A stretch of DNA of 64,000 bases from a bacterium. GTDB taxonomy: Bacteria > Krumholzibacteriota > Krumholzibacteriia > LZORAL124-64-63. Below are positions 49,045 through 58,126 of the stretch, piece by piece. Within the stretch, counting starts at the first letter, position 1; each line of letters begins with the position of its first letter. The notes below the pieces were generated by a model, which was given only the letters and a program-made list of their open reading frames with translations, ran no database searches and was not told the origin of the DNA. The position numbers and the translations under genes were made by a program. The DNA is taken from assembly GCA_016706845.1 (NCBI GenBank), contig JADJIV010000020.1, forward strand, positions 3,671-67,670, in the 5' to 3' direction.

Positions 49045-50244
49045 TCAGATCCGCGCGAACGCCTGCGCGAGGTCCGCGATGACATCCTCGGGGTCCTCGA
49101 GCCCCACCGACAGCCGCACCATCGCCGGGTCGATGCCCACCTTCAGCAGGTCCTCCTCCGAGTAGGTGCTGTGGGTCATCGTGGCGGGATGCTCGATCAG
49201 GGTGTCCACGTCCCCGAGGCTGACCGCCAGGGTGCACAGCTCCACGCCGTTCATCACCGTGCGGCCGGCGTCGCGGCCGCCCGCGATCAGGAAGCTGATC
49301 AGGCCGCCGAAGCCGGACTGCTGCCGCTTCGCCAGCTCGTGCTGGGGGTGCGAGGGCAGGCCGGGGTAGATCACGCGCGTCACCTTGGGGTGCTTCTCCA
49401 GCCACTTCGCCACCGTCATCGCGTTCTCGCCGTGCTGGCGGACGCGCACCGCGAGGGTCTTCAGCCCGCGGATCAGCAGCCAGGCGTTGAAGGGGCTGAT
49501 GCAGCCGCCGATGTCGCGCAGGGTCTCGAAGCGGGCGCGGGTGATGAACTCGGACGAGCCCACCAGGATGCCGGCGATCGCGTCGCCGTGGCCGCCGATG
49601 TACTTGGTCCCGCTGTGCAGCACGATGTCGGCGCCCATCTCCAGCGGCCGCTGCAGCACCGGCGTGCAGAACGTGTTGTCCACCAGCAGCGGGATGCCGC
49701 GCCGGCGCGCGATCGCGGCCACCGCGGGCAGGTCGGTCAGCACCAGCGTGGGGTTGGCCGGCGTCTCGACGTAGAGCAGCTTCGTGGCCGGGGTGATCGC
49801 GCGCTCGAAGTTGGCGGGGTCGGTGGCGTCGACCTCCGAGACCGCGATGCCGAGGCGCGGCAGCGTGTGGGTGAACAGCTGGTGGGTGCCGCCGTAGAGG
49901 GTGTCGCCCGAGACGATGTGGTCCCCGCTGCCGCACAGGGTCAGCACGGCGGTGGTGCAGGCGGCCATGCCGCTGGCCAGGGCCAGGGCGGCCTCGCCGC
50001 CCTCCAGCGCCGCCATGCGGCACTCGAGGGCCTCCTGGGTGGGGTTGCCCAGCCGCGTGTACAGGAAGCCGTCGTTCTCCCCCGCGAAGATGGCGGCGCC
50101 GTGCTCGGCGCTGTCGAAGGCGAAGGTGGAGGTCTGGACGATCGGGACCGAGACCGGCCGGGCCGTGCGCCAGCGGCCGTCCGAAACGTGGCCGTGGCCG
50201 TGGATGCAGCGCGTCTGGAAGCCGTAGTTCTTCTTCTCGGACAT
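49045..50244 (-). CDS. Cys/Met-metabolism PLP enzyme (methionine gamma-lyase / O-acetylhomoserine sulfhydrylase family)
   Basis: 399 aa from ATG 50244, with PLP-lysine motif HSGTKYIGGHGD. Confidence 0.85.
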   Translation of the reverse strand: MSEKKNYGFQTRCIHGHGHVSDGRWRTARPVSVPIVQTSTFAFDSAEHGAAIFAGENDGFLYTRLGNPTQEALECRMAALEGGEAALALASGMAACTTAVLTLCGSGDHIVSGDTLYGGTHQLFTHTLPRLGIAVSEVDATDPANFERAITPATKLLYVETPANPTLVLTDLPAVAAIARRRGIPLLVDNTFCTPVLQRPLEMGADIVLHSGTKYIGGHGDAIAGILVGSSEFITRARFETLRDIGGCISPFNAWLLIRGLKTLAVRVRQHGENAMTVAKWLEKHPKVTRVIYPGLPSHPQHELAKRQQSGFGGLISFLIAGGRDAGRTVMNGVELCTLAVSLGDVDTLIEHPATMTHSTYSEEDLLKVGIDPAMVRLSVGLEDPEDVIADLAQAFARI

Positions 50245-50379
50245 GGGTCCCCCCGCCTTCCGGGCGGTCCGGGCGGGATTGCGCTTGCAATCTCCCGCCG
50301 CCCTGGAACAATGGGCCGGTCGCGACGTAAGAGCCCGCCGCAGACGTCGGCAACGTCCCGCAGAATACCAGGATTCAAG

Positions 50380-51342
50380 ATGGAAGCCACGAAGACCGCT
50401 GTCAATCCCGCCGCCGCGGCCATCGCCGTGCGGAACTTGACGTTCGCCTACGCGGCGGCGCCGGTCCTGCAGGACGTCAGCTTCGGCCTGGAGAAGCGGG
50501 CCGTGGGCCTGCTCGGCCCCAACGGCTCCGGCAAGACCACGCTGCTGCGGGCCCTGCTCGGCCACCTGCCGCTGAAGCGGGGGGCCGTCTCGGTCATGGG
50601 CTGCGACATGGCGCGCGACCCCCGCGGCGCCCGCCGCCGGCTCGGCTGGATGCCCGAGCGCGGCGGCATCCTGCCCGGCATGAGCGGCGTCGCCATGGTG
50701 GCCTACCTGGGCGAGCTCGGCGGCATGCCGCCGACCGACGCCCTGCAGCGGGCCCACGAGGTCCTGAACTACGTCGGCCTCGCCGACGAGCGCTACCGCG
50801 AGGCCGACACCTACAGCCAGGGCATGCGCCAGCGCCTGAAGCTGGCCCAGGCCCTGGTCCACGACCCCGACTGGCTGCTGCTGGACGAGCCGACCAGCGG
50901 CCTGGACCCCCGCGGCCGCGTCAGCATGCTCGAACTCATGCGCGACCTGGCGGCGAACAAGGGCTTCGGGATCATCCTGTCGACCCACCTGCTGGCCGAC
51001 GTGCGCGAGGTCTGCCAGGAGATCCTGGTCCTGCGCCAGGGCCGGCTGCTGAGCCACGGCCGCGTCGAGGCGGCGCCGCCCGGGGCGACCGCGCAGTTCC
51101 TGGTCGAGGGCTTCGGCGACGAGCCCGCGTTCCAGGCCGCGCTGCGGGAAGCGGGGCTCGAGGCCGTGCGCCGCGAGCGGCTGCTGGAAATCACCGCCCC
51201 GGCCGACGCCGGCGCCCGCCTGGTGCTGGCGGCCGCCTCGGCCAGCGGCTTCGCGCTGCGCCGCCTGCAGCCGCGCCGCGAGACGCTCGAGGACCTGTTC
51301 TACCAGCTCGTCGACGACGCCGACGACGCGCGCAAGGACTGA
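50380..51342 (+). CDS. ABC transporter ATP-binding protein (module 1)
   Basis: Walker A GPNGSGKTT, signature SQGMRQR, Walker B LLLDEP. Confidence 0.9.
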   Translation: MEATKTAVNPAAAAIAVRNLTFAYAAAPVLQDVSFGLEKRAVGLLGPNGSGKTTLLRALLGHLPLKRGAVSVMGCDMARDPRGARRRLGWMPERGGILPGMSGVAMVAYLGELGGMPPTDALQRAHEVLNYVGLADERYREADTYSQGMRQRLKLAQALVHDPDWLLLDEPTSGLDPRGRVSMLELMRDLAANKGFGIILSTHLLADVREVCQEILVLRQGRLLSHGRVEAAPPGATAQFLVEGFGDEPAFQAALREAGLEAVRRERLLEITAPADAGARLVLAAASASGFALRRLQPRRETLEDLFYQLVDDADDARKD

Positions 51343-51343
51343 C

Positions 51344-52195
51344 ATGCCCGTCTACGAACGCGGATACCGTCCCTGGGAGCACAGCGGCCGCCGCGCGCGC
51401 GCGCCCTGGTGGACGATCGCGCGGCGCGGCATCGCCGAGCCGCTGAAGAGCCGCCGCCTGCTGTTCCTGCTGGCGGTCGCCTGGGTGCCGGCCATCGTCA
51501 AGGGCGGCATCCTGTACTTCACCTTCCAGATGGGCGAGCTGTCGCGCCTGATCGGCGGCAAGTGGACCGACATCGGGCCGCGCGGCTTCCTGACCTACCT
51601 GGGCTGGCAGTCGCCGTTCGTGCTGATCCTGCTGGCGATCATCGGCTCGGGCCTGATCAGCCGCGACCGCCGCGAGAACGGCCTCGCGCTGTACCTGGCG
51701 CGGCCCCTGAACGTGCGCGACTACGTCTTGGGCAAGGGCGCCGTGATCATGTTCTACTACTGCGCCGTGACGCTGCTGCCCGTCTGGGCGCTGTGCCTCT
51801 TCGGCTACCTGGTGACCAGCGGCGCGACCGGGATGCAGATGCTGCTGCTGATCCCCCTGCAGGCGCTGGCCTACTGCCTGGTGACCGGAGCCGGCTTCAC
51901 GCTGGTGCTGCTGGCCCTCTCCTCGGTCGGCCAGCGCACGGTGTTCGTCGCCCTGTGGTGGGTGCTGCTCTACGCCGGCACCGACGGGCTGGCGCAGATC
52001 ATGTCGCTGTTCAGCCCCGGCCTCGAGATCCTGAACTTTCCCGGCCAGTTCCTGAACGCGGGCCTCGTCTTCTTCGGCGGCGAACCGCTGTGCGTGGTGC
52101 CGCCGGCGGTGAGCCTGCTGGTCGTGCTGGCCTACGCGGCCCTGGGCGCCTGGGTGCTGCGGCGGCGGATCAAGCCCGTGGAGGTGGTGGCGTGA
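51344..52195 (+). CDS. ABC-2-type permease (module 1)
   Basis: 283 aa with six hydrophobic helices. Begins 1 nt after the ATPase stop. Confidence 0.7.
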   Translation: MPVYERGYRPWEHSGRRARAPWWTIARRGIAEPLKSRRLLFLLAVAWVPAIVKGGILYFTFQMGELSRLIGGKWTDIGPRGFLTYLGWQSPFVLILLAIIGSGLISRDRRENGLALYLARPLNVRDYVLGKGAVIMFYYCAVTLLPVWALCLFGYLVTSGATGMQMLLLIPLQALAYCLVTGAGFTLVLLALSSVGQRTVFVALWWVLLYAGTDGLAQIMSLFSPGLEILNFPGQFLNAGLVFFGGEPLCVVPPAVSLLVVLAYAALGAWVLRRRIKPVEVVA

Positions 52196-53139
52196 ACGTC
52201 GCACCCGCGAGCGGCGCCGCCGCCGTCCTGCAGGCCGAACGGGTCAGCAAGTGGTTCGGCGAGGTCATCGCCGTCAACGACTGCACGCTGACCCTGGGGC
52301 CCGGCGTGACCGGGCTGCTGGGCCTCAACGGCGCCGGCAAGACGACCCTGTTCAAGATGCTGTCGGGCCTGATCACGCCCAGCCAGGGCGAGGTGCTCAT
52401 CCGCGGGCACCGCCTGCGCCGCGACGTGGGCCTGTTCCGCCGCGTGGGGTTCTGCCCCGAGAGCGACGCGCTGTTCGACTGGCTGACCGGCCGCGAGTTC
52501 ATCCGGCTGATGGTGCGCCTGATGGGGTACGACGGCACGGAGGTGGTCGCGCGCGCCGAGCGCGCCCTGGAGCTCGTGCACCTCGGCGACGCCGCCGACC
52601 GGCGCATCGGCGCCTACTCCAAGGGCATGCGCCAGAAGATCAAGATGGCCCAGGCCCTGGCCCACGATCCCGAGATCGTCTTCCTGGACGAGCCGCTCAA
52701 CGGCATGGACCCCGTGTCGCGGCGGGAGATCGTCGCGCTGGTGCAGCGCCTGGGCGAGGCGGGGCGCTGCGTGGTGGTGTCGAGCCACATCCTGCCGGAG
52801 ATCGAGACCATGACCCGCTCGATCGTGCTGATCCACCGCGGCAAGCTCATGGCCGAGGGCGACATCACCGAGATCCGCGACGCGATCCACGACCGCCCCA
52901 CCATCGTGGCGCTCACCTCGACCGAGGCGCGGCGCCTGGCGTCGTCGCTGGCCGGGCGCGACCTGGTGCGCGGGGTCGAGATCGACGAGTTCGGCCGCGT
53001 CGTGGCGCGCACCGACCACGCCGTCAACTTCTACCGCGAGCTGCCGGGCTGGCTGCTGGCGGAGTCCCTGCCCGTCGACGAGATCGAGACCCTCGACGAC
53101 AACCTGCAGGCGGTCTTCGACTATCTGGTGGGAGGGTGA
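52192..53139 (+). CDS. ABC transporter ATP-binding protein (module 2)
   Basis: GTG start in a GTGA overlap. GLNGAGKTT, SKGMRQK, VFLDEP. Confidence 0.9.
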   Translation: MNVAPASGAAAVLQAERVSKWFGEVIAVNDCTLTLGPGVTGLLGLNGAGKTTLFKMLSGLITPSQGEVLIRGHRLRRDVGLFRRVGFCPESDALFDWLTGREFIRLMVRLMGYDGTEVVARAERALELVHLGDAADRRIGAYSKGMRQKIKMAQALAHDPEIVFLDEPLNGMDPVSRREIVALVQRLGEAGRCVVVSSHILPEIETMTRSIVLIHRGKLMAEGDITEIRDAIHDRPTIVALTSTEARRLASSLAGRDLVRGVEIDEFGRVVARTDHAVNFYRELPGWLLAESLPVDEIETLDDNLQAVFDYLVGG

Positions 53140-53140
53140 G

Positions 53141-54010
53141 ATGAGCGTCGCGGCACCGACCGCCCCTGCGGGAGCCGTCCCGGCCGGCGCCGGGAACGAC
53201 CGCCCGCTGGGCCTGGCGGTCTCGGCCTTCTGGATCGCGTTCTTCTCCTTCCGGGAGATGCTGCGCCGCCGGCGCATCCTCTCGGTGGGGCTGCTGATGC
53301 TGCTGCCGGTGGTGCTGGCGGTGGCGTGGCGGGCCCTGGACCGCGAGGGCGCGATCCCGCCGGACCTGCTGCTGGCCAACCTCAGCGGCATGGTCTACAT
53401 CCACTTCATGGTCGCGGTCGTCTCGCTGGCCTTCGGCCTGTCGGCCATCGGGGAGAGCGCCGACGAGGGCACGATCATCTACTACTGGACGCGCCCCCTG
53501 CGCCGCGAGGCCATCTACCTGGGACGCCTGGTGGCGGCGCAGACGGTGGCCGGCCTGCTGGTGGCGGGTTCGCTGGTCGCCTCGTTCCTGGTGATGACGG
53601 TCGGCAACTTCGGGATCATCTCGCTGGACTTCCTGAAGCTCTACGTCAGCACCTGCCTGGTCATCCTCTACGGCGCGTTCGTCTACACGGCCATCTTCGC
53701 CGCCATCGGCACCGGGCTGAAGAAGCCCATGCTGCCGGCTATCATTTTCGCGTTCGGCTGGGAGTCCATCGGCGGCAATGCGCCGCTGCGGCTGCAGGAG
53801 CTGACGGTGGTCTTCCACCTGCGCAACCTGCTGCACAACACGGCGGCTTCGACCGGCAGCATGCCCAACCTGCTGCAGGAGCTGAAGGTCATGCTCCTGC
53901 ACGAGGTGCCGCCGTCCGCGTGGCACTCCTTCCTGGTGCTGCTGGCGGTGGCGGTCGTCGCCTTCGCGTTGGGGTGCTGGCTGCTGCGGCGCAAGGAGAT
54001 CTTCCGCTGA
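53141..54010 (+). CDS. ABC-2-type permease (module 2)
   Basis: 289 aa, polytopic. Begins 1 nt after the ATPase stop. Confidence 0.7.
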   Translation: MSVAAPTAPAGAVPAGAGNDRPLGLAVSAFWIAFFSFREMLRRRRILSVGLLMLLPVVLAVAWRALDREGAIPPDLLLANLSGMVYIHFMVAVVSLAFGLSAIGESADEGTIIYYWTRPLRREAIYLGRLVAAQTVAGLLVAGSLVASFLVMTVGNFGIISLDFLKLYVSTCLVILYGAFVYTAIFAAIGTGLKKPMLPAIIFAFGWESIGGNAPLRLQELTVVFHLRNLLHNTAASTGSMPNLLQELKVMLLHEVPPSAWHSFLVLLAVAVVAFALGCWLLRRKEIFR

Positions 54011-54175
54011 GCGGCCGGTTTGACAGTGGCCGCGACCGGTGTTAGCGTGCGGGGGATTTCCCCGCCGCGATCCACCCGCCATGACAGTGTGCAGGCCCGG
54101 CGCCGCCGGGCGAGTTCGAGGCTGCCCCGCCGGCGCGCCAGCGTCCCGCCGCCGGGGTCAACAGTTGGAGGCGTC

Positions 54176-55687
54176 ATGTCCGCGATCCGCAAGACCCTGG
54201 TCACCGCCGCCGTCCTGGCCGTGGCGCTGGGCGCCGTGTCGGCGTCGGCCGAGGGCTACCAGGACCTCAAGGAGCAGGTGAGGGAGTTCACGCTGCCCAA
54301 CGGCATCCATTTCATCGTGCTCGAGCGCCACGACGTGCCGGTGTTCTCGTTCAACACCTACGTGAGCGTCGGCAGCGCCCAGGAGGTCACGGGCATCACG
54401 GGCATCGCCCACATCCTGGAGCACATGGCGTTCAAGGGGACCGCCGAGATCGGCACCACCGACGCCAAGAAGGAGGCCCAGGCCATGGCGGCCGAGGACG
54501 CGGCCTTCGCCGCGCTGAAGGCCGAGCGCCTGAAGGGCGACCGCGCCGACCCGGCGAAGCTGGCCGAGCTGGAGCAGGCCTTCACCGAGGCCAAGGACGC
54601 GGCCCGCGCCTTCGTCGTCAGCAACGAGTTCGGGCAGATCGTCGAGAACAACGGCGGCCGCGGCATGAACGCCGGCACCGGCACCGACGACACGAGCTAC
54701 ATGTACAGCCTGCCGAGCAACCGGCTGGAGCTGTGGGCCTACCTCGAGGGCACGCGCATGTCGCGCCCCGTGCTGCGCGAGTTCTACACCGAGAAGGACG
54801 GCCCGGTGACCGAGGAGCGCCGCATGCGCACCGAGAACAGCCCGATCGGCATGCTCATCGAGCAGTTCCAGAACCTGGCCTTCATGGCCCACCCGTACCA
54901 CCACTCGACCATCGGCTGGATGACGGACCTCAACACGATCACCCGCGAGGACTGCGAGACCTTCTACCGGACCCACTACGTGGGCCGCAACATGACGGTG
55001 GCCGTGGTCGGCGACGTCGACTTCGACGAGGTCAAGCGGCTGGCCGGGAAGTACTTCAGCGGCGTGTCGGCCGCCGAGCCGCCGGTGATCGAGACCTTCG
55101 ACGCCCCGCAGAAGGGCGAGCGCCGCATGGTGATCGAGGACGAGTCGCAGCCCTTCTACATCTGCGGCTACCACATCGGCAACTGGGCCCACGCCGACGC
55201 CGCGGTCTACGACGCCATCGCCGACATCCTCGGCCAGGGGCGCACCAGCCGGCTCTACGAGCGCCTGGTCAAGCAGGACAAGTCGGCGGTCCAGGCCTTC
55301 AGCTTCGCCGGCTACCCCGGCGACAAGTACCCGACCCTGCTGGCCGTGCTGGGGATGCCCGCCAAGGACGTCACCGCCGAGCAGCTCGAGGCCGCGGTGT
55401 TCGAGGAGATCCAGAGGCTCGTGGACGGCGGCGTGACGGAGCAGGAGCTGGCGGGCGTGAAGCGCCGCGCCCGCGCCAACTTCGTGCGCTCGCTGGAGGG
55501 CAACATGGGTCTGGCCGCCCAGCTGTCCGAGTACCAGGGCAAGCAGGGCGACTGGCGCCGCATGTTCTCCCAGCTCGAGGCCATCGACGCGGTGACCGTA
55601 GAGGACGTGCAGCGCGTCGCCGGCGAGATCTTCGTTCCCAACAACCGCACGGTTGCCTTCATCAAGACGGTCGAGGCCGCCAACTGA
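54176..55687 (+). CDS. secreted M16 (pitrilysin-family) zinc peptidase, catalytic subunit
   Basis: Signal peptide and inverted zinc motif HILEH (GIAHILEHMAFKGT). Confidence 0.9.
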   Translation: MSAIRKTLVTAAVLAVALGAVSASAEGYQDLKEQVREFTLPNGIHFIVLERHDVPVFSFNTYVSVGSAQEVTGITGIAHILEHMAFKGTAEIGTTDAKKEAQAMAAEDAAFAALKAERLKGDRADPAKLAELEQAFTEAKDAARAFVVSNEFGQIVENNGGRGMNAGTGTDDTSYMYSLPSNRLELWAYLEGTRMSRPVLREFYTEKDGPVTEERRMRTENSPIGMLIEQFQNLAFMAHPYHHSTIGWMTDLNTITREDCETFYRTHYVGRNMTVAVVGDVDFDEVKRLAGKYFSGVSAAEPPVIETFDAPQKGERRMVIEDESQPFYICGYHIGNWAHADAAVYDAIADILGQGRTSRLYERLVKQDKSAVQAFSFAGYPGDKYPTLLAVLGMPAKDVTAEQLEAAVFEEIQRLVDGGVTEQELAGVKRRARANFVRSLEGNMGLAAQLSEYQGKQGDWRRMFSQLEAIDAVTVEDVQRVAGEIFVPNNRTVAFIKTVEAAN

Positions 55688-55725
55688 CGCGACCACCGCG
55701 TCGCGCCATGGAAAGGAGACAGGTC

Positions 55726-57862
55726 ATGAAGCGAATCATCAAGACGGCGGCCCCGGTCCTGCTGCTGCTGGCGGCGGTGGCCCTGGCCTCGCCCGCGTCC
55801 GCGGCCCGCAACAAGCCGTGGGAGAAGATCAAGACGCCCGCCCTGGGCGAGATCCGCCTGCCCGACTACCAGCGCGTGCAGCTGGACAACGGCATGGTGC
55901 TCTACCTGGCCGAGGATCACGAACTGCCGATGATCGAGCTGTCGGCCACCATCCGCGCCGGCCAGATCTACGAACCCGAGGGCAAGACGGGCCTGGCCGC
56001 CCTGACGGGCGAGGTCCTGCGCTCCGGCGGCACCGCCAGCTGGTCCGGCGACGAGATCGACGAGAAGATGGAGTCCCTCGGCGCCGCGGTCGAGACCTAC
56101 GTCGCCGAGTACACCGCCGGCGCCTACCTGTCGGCCCTGACCGAGGACGCCGACACGGCCCTGGCCGTCCTGGCCGAGATCCTGCGCAGCCCGCGCTTCG
56201 CCGAGGACAAGCTCGACCTGGCCAAGACCCAGCACAAGGCCGGCATCGCGCGGCGCAACGACGAGCCGATGAGCATCGCGCAGCGCGAGTTCTCCCGCGT
56301 GATCCTGGGCCCGGACCACCCCCTGGCCCGCAACGAGGAGTACGACACCCTCGGCGCGATCGCGCGCCAGGACCTGGCCGACTTCCACGCCGACTGGTTC
56401 GGCCCCGACCGCACCTACCTGGTCGTGGTCGGCGACTTCGACGCCGCGGCGATGACCGGGAAGATCGAGACCGCGTTCGCGGGCTGGCCGGCTGCGCGCC
56501 GGCCCCTGCCGGCGGACCCGGTGGTGCCCGACCTGCCGCGCACCGTGAACGTCGCGTCCAAGGCCGACCTCACGCAGTCGACGGTGATCCTGGGCCACAA
56601 GGGCATCCGCAACGACAGCCCGCACTACGCCGGCATCGAGGTCGCCAACCGGATCCTGGGCGGCGGCTTCGCCTCGCGCCTGTTCAACGAGGTGCGCAGC
56701 GCCCGCGGCCTGGCCTACTCCACCGGCAGCGCCGCGGGCACCGATTGGCGCCAGCCGGGCGTGTTCGTGGCCTACGCCGGCACCAAGAGCGAGTCCACCG
56801 AGCAGGCCGCGGCCGTGATGATCGAGCAGATCGAGAAGATGACGCGCGAGCCGGTGACCGCCGAGGAGCTGCGCACCGCGGTCGACGGCATCCTCAACAG
56901 CGACGTCTTCAACTACGATTCCAAGCGCGAGGTCCTGGACCGCATGGTGCTGTTCGAGATGAACGGCTACCCCGCGGACTTCCTGACCGGCTACCGGGCC
57001 GCGGTCCAGTCCATGACCGCCGCAAAGGTGCTCGAGGCCTGCCAGGCGGTCTGGAAGCCGGAGGTCCTCTCGGTCCTGGCGGTCGGCAACCCGGACGACT
57101 TCGACGGCGACCTGAGCCGCTTCGGGGCCGTGAACACGATCGACATCGCGATCCCCGAGCCCAAGCTGACCCTGGAGATCCCCGCCGCCACGCCGGAGTC
57201 CCTGGCCGCCGGCCAGAAGCTCCTGGACCGCGCGGCCGCGGCCGTGGGCGGCAAGAAACTCGCGGACATGAAGGGCTTCGCCACCAAGCAGACGCTCGTG
57301 GCCGAGATCCAGGGCATGTCCCTGAACATCACCATGGAGACCACGATCCTGCTGCCGGACCGCCTGAAGCTGATCCAGAAGCTGCCCTTCGGCGAGTCCA
57401 CGCAGGTCCTCGACGGCGAGAAGGGCTGGGTCCAGAGCCCCATGGGCGTCCAGGACATCGAGGGCGACGACCTCGCCAAGATGCGCGACCAGATCCAGGG
57501 CGACCTGCTGATGCTGCTGCGCGACCACGCCCGGCCGCACCTGCCAGGCCCTGCCGTCCGAGGAACTCGACGGCAAGACCTGCGAGCGGGTCTACATCAC
57601 CGACGAGAGCGGCGACTACACGCTGATGTTCCTCGACGCCGCGACCGGCCTGCCCGTGATGGAGCAGAGCAAGGGCGAGGCGCCGATGACCGGCGAGCCG
57701 GTCACCCAGAAGGTCAAGTACGACACCTACAAGGATTTCGGCGGGGTGCAGCGCCCGGCGACGTTCACGATCCTGTTCGACGACGAGGTCTTCGCCACGG
57801 GGCAGACCACGTCGTTCACGCTGAACCCGACGGTCGCGGCGGGGTTCTTCGCCAAGCCGTAG
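55726..57862 (+). CDS. secreted M16-family protein lacking HxxEH, with a C-terminal extension of about 210 aa (LolA-like?), one frame change near 57530
   Basis: Signal peptide and two M16 half-domains without the zinc motif. The tail continues in a second frame (…TCQALPSEELDGKTCERVYITDESGDYTLMFLDAATGLPV…). Confidence 0.75.
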
Positions 57863-57887
57863 GCCGGGATTCTCCAGCCGGACAGCA

Positions 57888-57919
57888 GAAGGCGGGTGGT
57901 CGAGGGACCACCCGCCTTC
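57888..57919. terminator. strong GC hairpin
   Basis: 14-bp perfect stem GAAGGCGGGTGGTC/GACCACCCGCCTTC with a 4-nt loop, 26 nt after the M16 stop. Confidence 0.6.
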
Positions 57920-58020
57920 GTCAGATCTTGGAAGAAGCCGCGACCAGGGTCATCCGGGTTTCCCCAGGTAGCGTGAAGCCTTGCTGTTCCGGATCGTCGC
58001 CGTTGGTTGCAGCTTCTTCG
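57888..58020 (-). ncRNA. candidate small RNA (speculative)
   Basis: Minus-strand TATAAT at 58032-58027 inside an AT-rich island. Long-range pairing GAAGAAGC (57931-57938) with GCTTCTTC (58012-58019). Would end at the 57888-57919 hairpin. Confidence 0.2.
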
Positions 58021-58126
58021 CCTACAATTATATCAAAATCAACAGTGATTTTGTGATAATATTTGAATATATGACGCTATCCCGTTACTCGGACCCATAA
58101 TATTTTATGAAATATGCAGTTAATGA

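Noticed and set aside
57931-58019. An 8-bp terminal helix enclosing about 73 nt, which looked like a possible long-variable-arm tRNA.
   Set aside because: Neither strand has a T-loop (GTTCRA), D-loop GG or anticodon-arm geometry. It is kept only as part of a speculative sRNA.
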